Source of the DNA: a virus
Lineage: Duplodnaviria > Caudoviricetes
DNA: 35,741 bases
Strand: one strand, 5' to 3'
Virus record (IMG/VR): IMGVR_UViG_3300020044_003255
Location: 1-35,741 of that record
Position numbers and translations under genes: made by a program. Of the stretch, positions 18,467-26,761 are shown in pieces (position 1 is the stretch's first letter; each line of letters begins with the position of its first letter). Below the pieces are notes generated by a model. The model saw nothing but the letters and a program-made list of their open reading frames with translations. It was not told the origin of the DNA and did not search any database.

Positions 18467-19042
18467 ATGGCAAGTTTAGTTCTTTCAGGCGACACTAGCG
18501 GCACGATTACGATCGCAGCCCCCGCCGTCTCTGGCAGTAATACGCAGACGTTGGTAGCAACCACAGGTACGTTGGCGCCCATTGTGTCGGCAACAGCCGT
18601 TGCATCCACTAGCGGAACCAGCATTGATTTTACGTCGATACCGTCGTGGGTGAAGCGTATTACGGTGATGTTGAGTGGAGTGAGTACGAATGGGACAAGC
18701 AACCCATTAATTCAGTTAGGTGATGCGGGCGGAATTGAAGCGACTGGCTATTCAGCAACATCAACAAATCAAAGCGGGACAGTTGCATCGTATACCACTG
18801 GGTTTGGGGTGAATAATGCAAGTGCATCAGTACTTTTATATGGTAATTTGACATTCACCTTAATTAGCGCTAGTTCTTTTCTTTGGTCTATGACGGGGGC
18901 CATTAGCTTAGGGGCTGGTGGTGGTTCTTATTACGTAGCTGGTTCTAAGGCGCTTTCCGACACCTTAGACCGAGTCCGTATCACTACCGTCAACGGCACA
19001 GACACCTTTGACGCTGGCACCATCAACATTCTCTACGAATAA
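18467..19042 (+). CDS. Tail-fibre tip / receptor-binding-like protein, paralog A
   Basis: SGTSIDFTSIPSWVKRITV...FDAGTINILYE; AAGGA RBS. Confidence 0.7.
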   Translation: MASLVLSGDTSGTITIAAPAVSGSNTQTLVATTGTLAPIVSATAVASTSGTSIDFTSIPSWVKRITVMLSGVSTNGTSNPLIQLGDAGGIEATGYSATSTNQSGTVASYTTGFGVNNASASVLLYGNLTFTLISASSFLWSMTGAISLGAGGGSYYVAGSKALSDTLDRVRITTVNGTDTFDAGTINILYE

Positions 19043-19051
19043 GAGGACATC

Positions 19052-19468
19052 ATGGCTGGAACTATCGTAGCAGATCAACTAGAAGCCGCGTCGACAAGCA
19101 CGTTGGTGATTAAGAACGGTGTGGCTAACACGCCGCCAACTATTCAGGATAGCGCAGGTACGCAGATTGGTACGTTCTGTCGTGCGTGGGTAAACTTTAA
19201 CGGTACGGGCACTGTCGCTATTCGTGCATCGTTTAATGTGAGTTCGATTACTGACAATGGTACGGGTGATTACACTGTGAACTTTACGACGGCTATGCCA
19301 GACGCGAATTATTCATGGTCTGCTATAGGGTCTGATATTGCGTCCCTTCGTAGAACGTTTGCCCCATATACAGCAGCACCAACAACATCTGCATTTAGGT
19401 TTCTTGTGACCGATAGCGCATCTAATCAAGTTGATGTTGTATATAACGCAGTATCAGTATTCCGTTAA
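19052..19468 (+). CDS. Tail-fibre tip-like protein
   Basis: CRAWVNFNGTG...SFNVSSITDNGTGDYTVNFTTAMPDANY, a motif typical of fibre distal domains. Confidence 0.7.
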   Translation: MAGTIVADQLEAASTSTLVIKNGVANTPPTIQDSAGTQIGTFCRAWVNFNGTGTVAIRASFNVSSITDNGTGDYTVNFTTAMPDANYSWSAIGSDIASLRRTFAPYTAAPTTSAFRFLVTDSASNQVDVVYNAVSVFR

Positions 19469-19480
19469 CAAGGACTAATC

Positions 19481-19672
19481 ATGGACAAGCGCATAATTTA
19501 CCCATCAGATAACGGCGGCGTTGTTATCGTCATTCCAGCGGAATCGGTTGAAGCGGCGATGAAAGACATCCCTGCGGATAAGCCTTACAAGATCATCGAT
19601 GCAACTGACGTACCTTCTGACCGTACATTCCGTAACGCTTGGACGGCTGACTTTTCTGAGGTGACTGAATGA
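19481..19672 (+). CDS. Small tail-fibre-associated protein
   Basis: KDIPADKPYKII...PSDRTFRNAW; AAGGA RBS. Confidence 0.6.
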   Translation: MDKRIIYPSDNGGVVIVIPAESVEAAMKDIPADKPYKIIDATDVPSDRTFRNAWTADFSEVTE

Positions 19673-19941
19673 TTACAATCGACTTTTCTAAGGCGCAAGC
19701 CATTACCAAAGACCGGCTACGTGCTGAACGGACACCACTCCTAGCTGCTCAAGATGTGGCATTTCAGCGCGCGCTAGAGACTAATGGCGATACGGCTGCG
19801 GTTGTGGCTGAGAAGCAGCGTCTTCGTGATGTAACGAGTCAGGTTGATACTTGCACAACGTTGGATGAACTGAAAGCCTTGAGCTGCGCTGCGCCAGCCG
19901 TTGAGCCAGCGGTTGAGCCTATCGTTGAAGGAGAAGCATAA
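19669..19941 (+). CDS. Tail fibre assembly chaperone-like protein
   Basis: LRAERTPLLAAQDV...KQRLRDVT. Confidence 0.6.
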   Translation: MITIDFSKAQAITKDRLRAERTPLLAAQDVAFQRALETNGDTAAVVAEKQRLRDVTSQVDTCTTLDELKALSCAAPAVEPAVEPIVEGEA

Positions 19942-20465
19942 TGGCAGTCACAATTACCGGTAGCGCAGGCGTTACCACGAACACAGGTGCTGTGTATGAC
20001 AGCTTACAGAGAACCACAGCGGTTGCCTCGACGTCGGGTACATCTGTTGACTTCACAAGCATACCGTCGTGGGTTAAGCGGATTACGGTAATGTTTCAGG
20101 GGGTTGGGACTAACGGCACGTCAATTCCGCAAATTCAACTTGGCGCAGGCAGCATAACAACCTCGGGCTACGTAGGTACTTCAGGAATTTTTACCACCAC
20201 ATCTGCTGTTTCTGCGCTTTCTGCGGGATTTTTATTGTCCGCAGGTCACGCCGCAACTGTGCGCTATCAAGGGACTGCCACGATAACTTCAATTACGGGC
20301 AATGTTTGGGTTTGCGCAACAGTATTGGGTAGGTCTGACGCTGCTAACATGTGTTTTTGTGGTGGCACAATTGCGCTTTCCGGTACGTTAGATAGGTTAC
20401 GAATCACCACAGTTAACGGCACTGACGCATTTGCCGCCGGCACCATCAATATCATTTACGAGTGA
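19941..20465 (+). CDS. Tail-fibre tip / receptor-binding-like protein, paralog B
   Basis: Shares SGTS(I/V)DFTSIPSWVKRITVM and RITTVNGTD.F.AGTINI.YE with 18467..19042. Confidence 0.7.
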   Translation: MAVTITGSAGVTTNTGAVYDSLQRTTAVASTSGTSVDFTSIPSWVKRITVMFQGVGTNGTSIPQIQLGAGSITTSGYVGTSGIFTTTSAVSALSAGFLLSAGHAATVRYQGTATITSITGNVWVCATVLGRSDAANMCFCGGTIALSGTLDRLRITTVNGTDAFAAGTINIIYE

Positions 20466-20468
20466 CGC

Positions 20469-20690
20469 ATGGATTCGCAAGTGCTTTTTAATATCGCCGT
20501 GGCCATCGCGGGCTTCTTCGGCGGCTGGGTGTTGAACAACATTCACCGCTCGATCGACCGGTTGGACGTGGATGTGCGTGCCATGCCGCACGTTTATGTC
20601 ACCCGTGAGGACTACAAGGACGACATGCGCGACATCAAAGAGATGTTGGGCAAGATATTTGACCGCTTAGAGGCCAAGCAGGATAAATGA
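20469..20690 (+). CDS. Small membrane-anchored coiled-coil protein (lysis region)
   Basis: N-terminal TM VLFNIAVAIAGFFGGWVL; YVTREDY...IFDRLE. Confidence 0.65.
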   Translation: MDSQVLFNIAVAIAGFFGGWVLNNIHRSIDRLDVDVRAMPHVYVTREDYKDDMRDIKEMLGKIFDRLEAKQDK

Positions 20691-21304
20691 TCGATCCGGT
20701 GACCATCGGCTTGGCCATTGCAGGCGTCAAGGCGGTTGTCACTGGCGTCAAAGAAGCGGCTGCGCTTGCCAAAGAAGCGTTCGATGAGATCAACGGTGCA
20801 GTCGAGTCCGGCAAGACGCTAGCCGACTCCATGTCGGGCGTCACTAAGTTCTTCTCAGCCGCCGGCAAGTACGAGACCAAGCGCAGTCAGCTTGAAGAAG
20901 CCAAGGTCGCCCAAGAGGCTGCAGTGGCCAAAGGCGAGCCGGTGCCCGACTACGTATCAGATGCTGAGTACGTCATGGAGCTGATGATTATTGATCGTCA
21001 GATCAAGCAGTATTACGACGACATCAAGCACATCTTCACCTATCATTTTCAAGAAGCCGGCATGTGGGACGAGTTCTGGCAACGCATGGGCAAGCTGCGA
21101 GCCGAACGCGAAGCCAAGGCCGAAGCAGCCAGGCAGGCTGAGACAGAGAAGCGCCTGCATGAGAAGACCTTAGAGATGAAGAAGCGCCGCGAACGGCAGC
21201 GCCTAATAGATAGTGTTGAAACAGTAGGTGCAGGTGTCGTTATCGTCATTATTATTTTAATGTTCTGCTGGGCTATACGGTGGATGTTCCAACAAGGAGG
21301 TTGA
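20687..21304 (+). CDS. Membrane protein, hydrophobic at both termini
   Basis: MIDPVTIGLAIAGV N-terminus, coiled coil, C-terminal TM. Confidence 0.7.
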   Translation: MIDPVTIGLAIAGVKAVVTGVKEAAALAKEAFDEINGAVESGKTLADSMSGVTKFFSAAGKYETKRSQLEEAKVAQEAAVAKGEPVPDYVSDAEYVMELMIIDRQIKQYYDDIKHIFTYHFQEAGMWDEFWQRMGKLRAEREAKAEAARQAETEKRLHEKTLEMKKRRERQRLIDSVETVGAGVVIVIIILMFCWAIRWMFQQGG

Positions 21305-21305
21305 C

Positions 21306-21716
21306 ATGCTAGGACTTGACGCGCTGCTGGGTATTGGCGGCAAACTGATCGACAAACTGATTCCGGACCCGGAACAGAAGGCCAAGGCGCAATTGGAGCT
21401 AGCCAAGATGGCTCAAGACGGTGAACTTGCCAAAATGGCAAACGAGACTGACTTGTACAAGTCTGAGCAGAACAATCTGACTGAGCGCCTAAAGGCCGAC
21501 ATGGGCAGCGACAGCTGGCTGTCAAAAAACATCCGTCCGTTGACGCTGGTCTACATTCTGGTAGCGTACATGGCGCTCGCCATCCTCGACGCGGCGCTGG
21601 TTGATATCGCCGACTCGTTCGTCGAGCTGCTAGGTCAGTGGGGCATGCTGGTAATGTCGTTCTACTTTGGCGGCAGAACGCTTGAGAAGATCATTGATAT
21701 GCGAGCGAAAAAATGA
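21306..21716 (+). CDS. Holin (3TM/GTA-holin-like)
   Basis: KLIDKLIPDP...SWLSKNIRPL + TM segments + FYFGGRTLEK; precedes endolysin. Confidence 0.8.
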   Translation: MLGLDALLGIGGKLIDKLIPDPEQKAKAQLELAKMAQDGELAKMANETDLYKSEQNNLTERLKADMGSDSWLSKNIRPLTLVYILVAYMALAILDAALVDIADSFVELLGQWGMLVMSFYFGGRTLEKIIDMRAKK

Positions 21717-22225
21717 AAGAGAACTTCGACGAAGCCCTTAAAGCAATCCTGAAGCACGAAGGCGGGTTTGTTAATCACCCCAAAGACCCAGGCGGCATGA
21801 CCAATTTGGGCGTCACCAAGAAAGTGTGGGAAGAATGGGTCGGCAAAGCTGTTGGCGAAAACGAAATGCGGGCGTTGACCCCGGCTACAGTGGGGCCGAT
21901 GTACCGCAAGAAATACTGGGATGCGGTCAAGGCCGACGAGCTGCCAACGGGTCTGGACTATCTGATGTTCGACTTTGCGATCAATGCAGGGCCCGGCAGA
22001 GCGATCAAGACCATGCAGAAAGCGATCGGAACAACCCCTGATGGCGCCATCGGCCCCAAGACCATGCAAGCGTTGAAAGACGCCGATCAGAAGGACTTGA
22101 TTGCTAAGTTCAGCATGGAGAAGGAGCTGTTCTATAAGGCGCTTCCGACGTTCGCAACCTTTGGCAAAGGCTGGATGCGCCGGGTAGCGGAGGCGCAATC
22201 ACATGCGGTGACGATGCTGGCGTAA
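21713..22225 (+). CDS. Endolysin, glycoside hydrolase family 108 with PG-binding C-terminus
   Basis: HEGGFVNHPKDPGGMTNLGVT, FDFAINAGPGRA, DGAIGPKT, FGKGWMRR. Confidence 0.93.
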   Translation: MKENFDEALKAILKHEGGFVNHPKDPGGMTNLGVTKKVWEEWVGKAVGENEMRALTPATVGPMYRKKYWDAVKADELPTGLDYLMFDFAINAGPGRAIKTMQKAIGTTPDGAIGPKTMQALKDADQKDLIAKFSMEKELFYKALPTFATFGKGWMRRVAEAQSHAVTMLA

Positions 22226-22387
22226 CTGCCGGCAGACCTCACGGTCGCGCGTTGACATGTCAGGCGTGATCTCTGCCACACCGCACTCAGCCGGTGTTGG
22301 CCGGGGCTGGTCGGGGATGAAGAACGCCAGAAAGCCCACGGTCGCCACCACGATCGCTGCGTAGTAGATAAGGACGAGTTCTTTCAT
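22199..22387 (-). CDS. Small membrane protein
   Basis: N-terminal TM and Cys pair; overlaps endolysin 3' end convergently. Confidence 0.6.
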   Translation of the reverse strand: MKELVLIYYAAIVVATVGFLAFFIPDQPRPTPAECGVAEITPDMSTRDREVCRQLRQHRHRM

Positions 22388-22566
22388 ACGCTCAAGAGCC
22401 GACCTAAAAACTTCACCATCGGCGACTCATTGTAGGGTTGAGCGCCCAGCATGATGTCCTGCACGAACCGTTCTTCAGGCGTTGCAGGCCGCGCATAGAA
22501 CTGCGGAATGTAGTGCGCGCCGATCTTGGGTGGCTCTTCCTTAATAAAGTATCCATCACGTAGCAT
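22384..22566 (-). CDS. Hypothetical protein
   Basis: MLRDGYFIKEEPPKIGAHY...; coupled to neighbours. Confidence 0.6.
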   Translation of the reverse strand: MLRDGYFIKEEPPKIGAHYIPQFYARPATPEERFVQDIMLGAQPYNESPMVKFLGRLLSV

Positions 22567-22801
22567 TGTCTTTCCTCCTATCTTCGTTTGCGCGGCGAAC
22601 GTCAACGCCTTTCTTTTTTATCAACGCTGCCTCGTCATTAGTATAAATCGATTTTCCCACCAAAACGTTGCCTGCTATCCACACCTCTGCTGAGTAGGCA
22701 TTGTTCTTGCATGATGGGCACCTGCGTTGCCGCCGTACGCCGCCTGGCTGCTGCGTGGTGTCGACTACATGGGTCTTGCTGCCGCAGTGCTGACATTTCA
22801 T
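22556..22801 (-). CDS. Zn-ribbon protein (NrdR N-terminal-like)
   Basis: MKCQHCGSKTHVVDT...VRRQRRCPSC. Confidence 0.72.
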   Translation of the reverse strand: MKCQHCGSKTHVVDTTQQPGGVRRQRRCPSCKNNAYSAEVWIAGNVLVGKSIYTNDEAALIKKKGVDVRRANEDRRKDNAT

Positions 22802-23037
22802 TCCGGTTCCTCTAAATATTCCGGTTCTGTTGAATAACTGCGGATCTTTTCGATACTCCAACCGGTCTTATCGTAAATGCGCAATATCATCCCCGCTGAC
22901 AATCCCGAATCCCAATGACGCCAGCCGTAAATTGGCGCTGCCGTCATACCCAAAAATCGTGCCAGCCCAGCATCATTTTTAAGCTGAAATTCCTCAATAA
23001 GAGTGTCAAACAGCTCATGTTTAATTTTAGGTTTCAT
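22798..23037 (-). CDS. Small HTH DNA-binding protein
   Basis: LKNDAGLARFLGMTAAPIYGWRH...MILRIYDKTGWSIEKIR; AT-rich. Confidence 0.65.
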   Translation of the reverse strand: MKPKIKHELFDTLIEEFQLKNDAGLARFLGMTAAPIYGWRHWDSGLSAGMILRIYDKTGWSIEKIRSYSTEPEYLEEPE

Positions 23038-23228
23038 GGTCGCACCGCCTTTGCCATAATCTCTAGCCGCTCACGGGCGTCACGCAGGGCGCAGTAGCGC
23101 TGGTGCAGGCGCTGCAGGTGGGAGCTGCGGCGCTCGTTCAACGTCTCATGCGTCAGTAGCGCGAACACCTCGTCTTCTGACAATGACGACAGAACGTCAT
23201 TCAGTGCGCGCCAGCTTTGCTTTTTCAT
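23034..23228 (-). CDS. Hypothetical protein
   Basis: SWRALNDVL...LQRLHQRYCALRDARER; overlapping start/stop chain. Confidence 0.65.
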   Translation of the reverse strand: MKKQSWRALNDVLSSLSEDEVFALLTHETLNERRSSHLQRLHQRYCALRDARERLEIMAKAVRP

Positions 23229-23370
23229 CTTGTATCCTTTGTTCTATGTCATTAACCTGCTGCAGTGCCCGCTCAAACGCTTTGGCCATCTGGTTTAGTT
23301 CCTTCTGGCGTATGCGCTCCTCGGTCTGCGCGGCCTTTAGTTTGGCCTTCCAGTAGTCAATTCTTTTCAC
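23197..23370 (-). CDS. Small coiled-coil protein
   Basis: Probable GTG start; KRIDYWKAKLKAAQTEERIRQKELNQ. Confidence 0.55.
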   Translation of the reverse strand: MKRIDYWKAKLKAAQTEERIRQKELNQMAKAFERALQQVNDIEQRIQDEKAKLARTE

Positions 23371-23503
23371 GTTGTTCGGCCTCCAGCTCACGCAAATCAT
23401 TAGCAACGTCAGACACGCCATGCCAATCGGATCTAGCGATCATGACGTGCAGGTAGTCGATCAGAATCTCGCGCTGCGTTTCGTACTTGGTAAAGTCCAT
23501 CAT
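23357..23503 (-). CDS. 48-aa hypothetical protein (not in ORF track)
   Basis: Manual translation MMDFTKYETQREILIDYLHVMIARSDWHGVSDVANDLRELEAEQREKN; AAGGAGG RBS; ATGA overlap. Confidence 0.7.
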   Translation of the reverse strand: MMDFTKYETQREILIDYLHVMIARSDWHGVSDVANDLRELEAEQREKN

Positions 23504-23778
23504 TTTGTTTCCTCCTTAGGTTTGGTAAATCGAGAGATCGGGATAATACGCTTGCTGCCGTCCAACATTTCAATGTGCGCAAAGCCCTGCGAGGCGGCCC
23601 AGCAGCCGTAGTACGCACGGTTTAGCCCGTCGATGTCGAAGGCCATCTTCATGCCGTGGCACCAGCTGGGGCGGTCTTGGGTCAGCACGGTCTGGACACT
23701 GATGTCGTTCGTGTACGTCAGGTAGTCAGGCGCAGCAGCCATCGCAGGCGCCGCCAAGAGTAGTAACAGGTATCTCAT
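23500..23778 (-). CDS. Exported small protein with signal peptide
   Basis: MRYLLLLLAAPAMAA signal; two Cys. Confidence 0.65.
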   Translation of the reverse strand: MRYLLLLLAAPAMAAAPDYLTYTNDISVQTVLTQDRPSWCHGMKMAFDIDGLNRAYYGCWAASQGFAHIEMLDGSKRIIPISRFTKPKEETK

Positions 23779-25124
23779 TTCAGTGCCTCCATCGCTATGT
23801 CGGAAATCGCTCGTTTGTCGTGGAGCGCGCCCCAGATTTTTTCGTCAACTGTCTTCTCGGCGAGTAAGATATACACCCAGACATCTCGCACTTGACCCGA
23901 TCGATGGAGCCGTCCGACAGTTTGTTCATACAACTCAAGTGACCACGGCAGTGAGAGAAAGACAAGGTGACAGCCGCCGTGCTGAAGGTTAAGGCCATGT
24001 CCTGCGGACTTTGGATGCACAGCGAGGAGTTCGATTTGTCCAGCGTTCCATCGCTCGATGGCTCGGTCGTCGTCGAGGGTGGCAAGCCTTGGATAGCGGC
24101 GACGAAGTTCCGCCACCTCTTCTTGAAACTGGTAAACGATAAGCGTATTCGCATGTTGGTTTTCCTCTATTAGTTCATCTAATCGATCAAACTTGTGCCT
24201 GCTAAACCACACCGCCGTTTTGCTGGATGTGAACTGACCCAGCGCGTCACTGGCAACACGATTGCTGTCGTACACAAAGCCAGACGCCATCTGCTGCAGC
24301 TTTGATGTAACCGCCGCTGCGTTTGCCGCTAAAATCTCAGCCGTTGGAAACTGCACCACGAAGTCTTTCTTCATCTTCTCGTACGGCTGTCGGTCGTCCA
24401 GCTGACTGCGCAGCTCAACCACATGGCAGGGCGGCAGCTTGTCCCTGTACTCGCCAGGCTCCAAGACGAACGTTGCCGGCTTGATCTTCTCCATAACTAG
24501 CTGCAGGGCGCCTGGGCGTGGTGCCCACTCGCCGAAGTCGCGGTTCATACAGACAAAGTATTGCTGCAGAAACGCGCCTTTGGCGCGGCCTAGCAGCTTT
24601 TCGTCGACGATCTTGCACTGGCCAAAGACATCTTCCAGACCGTTACTGGTGAACGATCCCGTCAGGCCCCAGCGAATCTTGAACTGGTCGATCACCTTGT
24701 GCAGCGCCTTGAAACGCGTGCCGGACGGGTTCTTCAGTTTGGTCAGCTCGTCGAACACGATGGCGTCAAAGTCGGACAAGTCCTGTTCGGCCAACCATTG
24801 GATGTTGTCGTAGTTGGTTGCAACGATGTGGGCGTCGGAGTCCAGCGCCTCACCTCGACTGCGTGGTGTGCCCACGGCTGTGCGGTAATGCAACATCGGC
24901 GCCCACTTACGCGACTCGATCGGCCACACGTCCGTACAGACACGCTTGGGTGCCAAGACAAGAAAGCGTGACGCGTACCCGTCCTGTACCATCGCCTGCA
25001 TGGCGGTCAAGGTGATCGCCGTCTTGCCTGCGCCGACAGGCGCCAAGATCATCGCTCGATCACGCTCGTACAGGAAGTCAGCGGCTTCATCTTGGTACGG
25101 CCTGAGTGCTAATCCACTCATCAA
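23775..25124 (-). CDS. SNF2-like SF2 helicase
   Basis: LRPYQ, APVGAGKT, VFDELT, GLTGS, SAGHGLNLQ, QTVGRLHRSGQ. Confidence 0.92.
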   Translation of the reverse strand: MMSGLALRPYQDEAADFLYERDRAMILAPVGAGKTAITLTAMQAMVQDGYASRFLVLAPKRVCTDVWPIESRKWAPMLHYRTAVGTPRSRGEALDSDAHIVATNYDNIQWLAEQDLSDFDAIVFDELTKLKNPSGTRFKALHKVIDQFKIRWGLTGSFTSNGLEDVFGQCKIVDEKLLGRAKGAFLQQYFVCMNRDFGEWAPRPGALQLVMEKIKPATFVLEPGEYRDKLPPCHVVELRSQLDDRQPYEKMKKDFVVQFPTAEILAANAAAVTSKLQQMASGFVYDSNRVASDALGQFTSSKTAVWFSRHKFDRLDELIEENQHANTLIVYQFQEEVAELRRRYPRLATLDDDRAIERWNAGQIELLAVHPKSAGHGLNLQHGGCHLVFLSLPWSLELYEQTVGRLHRSGQVRDVWVYILLAEKTVDEKIWGALHDKRAISDIAMEALK

Positions 25125-25371
25125 TCATCTCCTTCGACCATAAACAGGCGTAGTTTTGTTTTAAGCGCAACACGTCGTTGCGGAATATCTTTTGCAGCTC
25201 AGACAGCCGACCACCTTTGGTTTTCAATTCGACAAACCATGTGCTGCCATCAGGCATACAAGCGATGCGGTCACTCACTCCACGCTGCGTTGGCGACCTG
25301 AACTTGTACGTCTTGCCGCCAGCGCGCTCGACTGTCCACACAAAGTAGTTCTCAATTTCTTTTTCTAACAT
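25087..25371 (-). CDS. VRR-NUC domain nuclease
   Basis: EKEIE...GVSDRI...WFVELKTKGGRLSELQ. Confidence 0.9.
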   Translation of the reverse strand: MLEKEIENYFVWTVERAGGKTYKFRSPTQRGVSDRIACMPDGSTWFVELKTKGGRLSELQKIFRNDVLRLKQNYACLWSKEMIDEWISTQAVPR

Positions 25372-25378
25372 GCTGCGA

Positions 25379-25429
25379 AATATAAGGCATCAAAAAGTAT
25401 TTGACAAGGATTATTTTAGGGTCTACAGT
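25379..25429. promoter_or_regulatory. Overlapping divergent sigma70 promoters
   Basis: + strand TTGACA(25401)-17 nt-TACAGT(25424); - strand TTGTCA(25407)-17 nt-TATATT(25384-25379). Confidence 0.7.
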
Positions 25430-25461
25430 CGAGGCTCAATCACTACACGGGAGTACAGTAA

Positions 25462-25632
25462 ATGAAAGCGTTTCCTACACACAAAGAAGAAGGCATGGAT
25501 TTGCGGGACTACTTCGCAGCAGTCGCGCTGCAAGGCATGCTTGCTGAAGATGGCGGCGGTGCGGTCAGCAACAAAGACTTAGCCGAGTTTGCGTATGAGA
25601 TAGCAGACGCTATGCTGGAGGCGCGCAAATGA
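25462..25632 (+). CDS. 56-aa conserved phage protein (not in ORF track)
   Basis: Manual translation MKAFP...GMDLRDYFAAVALQGML...AYEIADAMLEARK; ATGA overlap with next gene. Confidence 0.8.
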   Translation: MKAFPTHKEEGMDLRDYFAAVALQGMLAEDGGGAVSNKDLAEFAYEIADAMLEARK

Positions 25633-26750
25633 GTCACTCTACTATCGTCGGCGGTAGCACCGCCAAGCGCGTCATCAACTGCCCGGCGTCGGTTAGGCTT
25701 GTGCAACAGATGCCGCCCCAACCTGAGTCCGAACACGCAGCACGCGGCACGTTGTTGCATAACGTCATCGCCGAACTGCTTGAGTTCGACAAGCGGCCAG
25801 AGCAGTGCTTGGGCGCCACGTACAAAGATCAGACACTCACACCGGAGTTACTCGATGAAAAGATTATTCCCGCTCTTGCGCTACTCGACGAAGTCGATCC
25901 AGAGAAGAAGATGGAGTACATGGTTGAAACCCGAGTTGCCTTTGGCGATTTTCTGCCTGGTGTCTTTGGTAGCACTGACTTACTTGGGCGTAAAGGTAAA
26001 CGCGCCATCGTTCTGGATTGGAAATTTGGCGATGGCGTACTTGTGGATGCTGAAAACAATCCTCAGCTCTTATTTTACGCAGCTGCGGCAATGAGAACAC
26101 CGGCAGCACAATGGATATTCGAAGGCGCTGAAGAGATCGAGTGCGTCATTGTGCAGCCGCCATCGATTCGCCGTTGGGTGACAACACCTGCGCGCATCAA
26201 AGAGTTTGAGCAAGAACTCTTGTACGCTGTGCGTCTCTCGTCATGGCCAGAGGCGCCCTTTGCAACCGGCGACCACTGCCGTTGGTGTACTGCCAAGCCT
26301 ATCTGCCCGCGCATGACCGGCGCAGCTGATCGTGCATTGAAGGTGCAGCTGACTAACCTGCCGGTTGAGCAGATCGCAACACAGCTTCAGCAGGCCGACA
26401 TGTTGGAAGACTACATTAAAGAGCTGCGGGCGCTTGCGTTCCAGATGCTTGAGAACGAGCGCCCCGTGCCAGGTTACAAACTGGTCGCCAAGCGTGGCAC
26501 ACGTCAGTGGGTGGACGAGGCAAGGATTGAAGCATGGGCGGATGCGAATGGCGTAGAAGACGCCTACGACACAAAAATTAAATCGCCCGCACAGCTTGAA
26601 AAAGTCTTGAAAAAGACTACACTAGATTTCCCGTCAGATTTGGTCGTATCGATCTCGTCGGGCAGTACGTTGGCGCCGGAGTCTGATCCGAGGCCAGCGG
26701 TTTTGCAAATTGGTCGCCAACTTACGGCGGCTTTAAATAAACTACAGTAA
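25629..26750 (+). CDS. DUF2800 / Cas4-like PD-(D/E)XK nuclease
   Basis: NCPAS, ARGTLLH, FGSTD, LDWKFG, NPQLLFYA, HCRWC...ICP. Confidence 0.85.
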   Translation: MSHSTIVGGSTAKRVINCPASVRLVQQMPPQPESEHAARGTLLHNVIAELLEFDKRPEQCLGATYKDQTLTPELLDEKIIPALALLDEVDPEKKMEYMVETRVAFGDFLPGVFGSTDLLGRKGKRAIVLDWKFGDGVLVDAENNPQLLFYAAAAMRTPAAQWIFEGAEEIECVIVQPPSIRRWVTTPARIKEFEQELLYAVRLSSWPEAPFATGDHCRWCTAKPICPRMTGAADRALKVQLTNLPVEQIATQLQQADMLEDYIKELRALAFQMLENERPVPGYKLVAKRGTRQWVDEARIEAWADANGVEDAYDTKIKSPAQLEKVLKKTTLDFPSDLVVSISSGSTLAPESDPRPAVLQIGRQLTAALNKLQ

Positions 26751-26761
26751 AGGAAACAATC

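Noticed and set aside
18467-20465. Diversity-generating retroelement TR/VR pair
   Set aside because: No reverse transcriptase in the window; differences between the paralogs are not adenine-specific and both are intact genes
25629-26750. CRISPR-associated Cas4
   Set aside because: Context (SSB-like gene, polA) and motifs fit the ordinary phage DUF2800 nuclease
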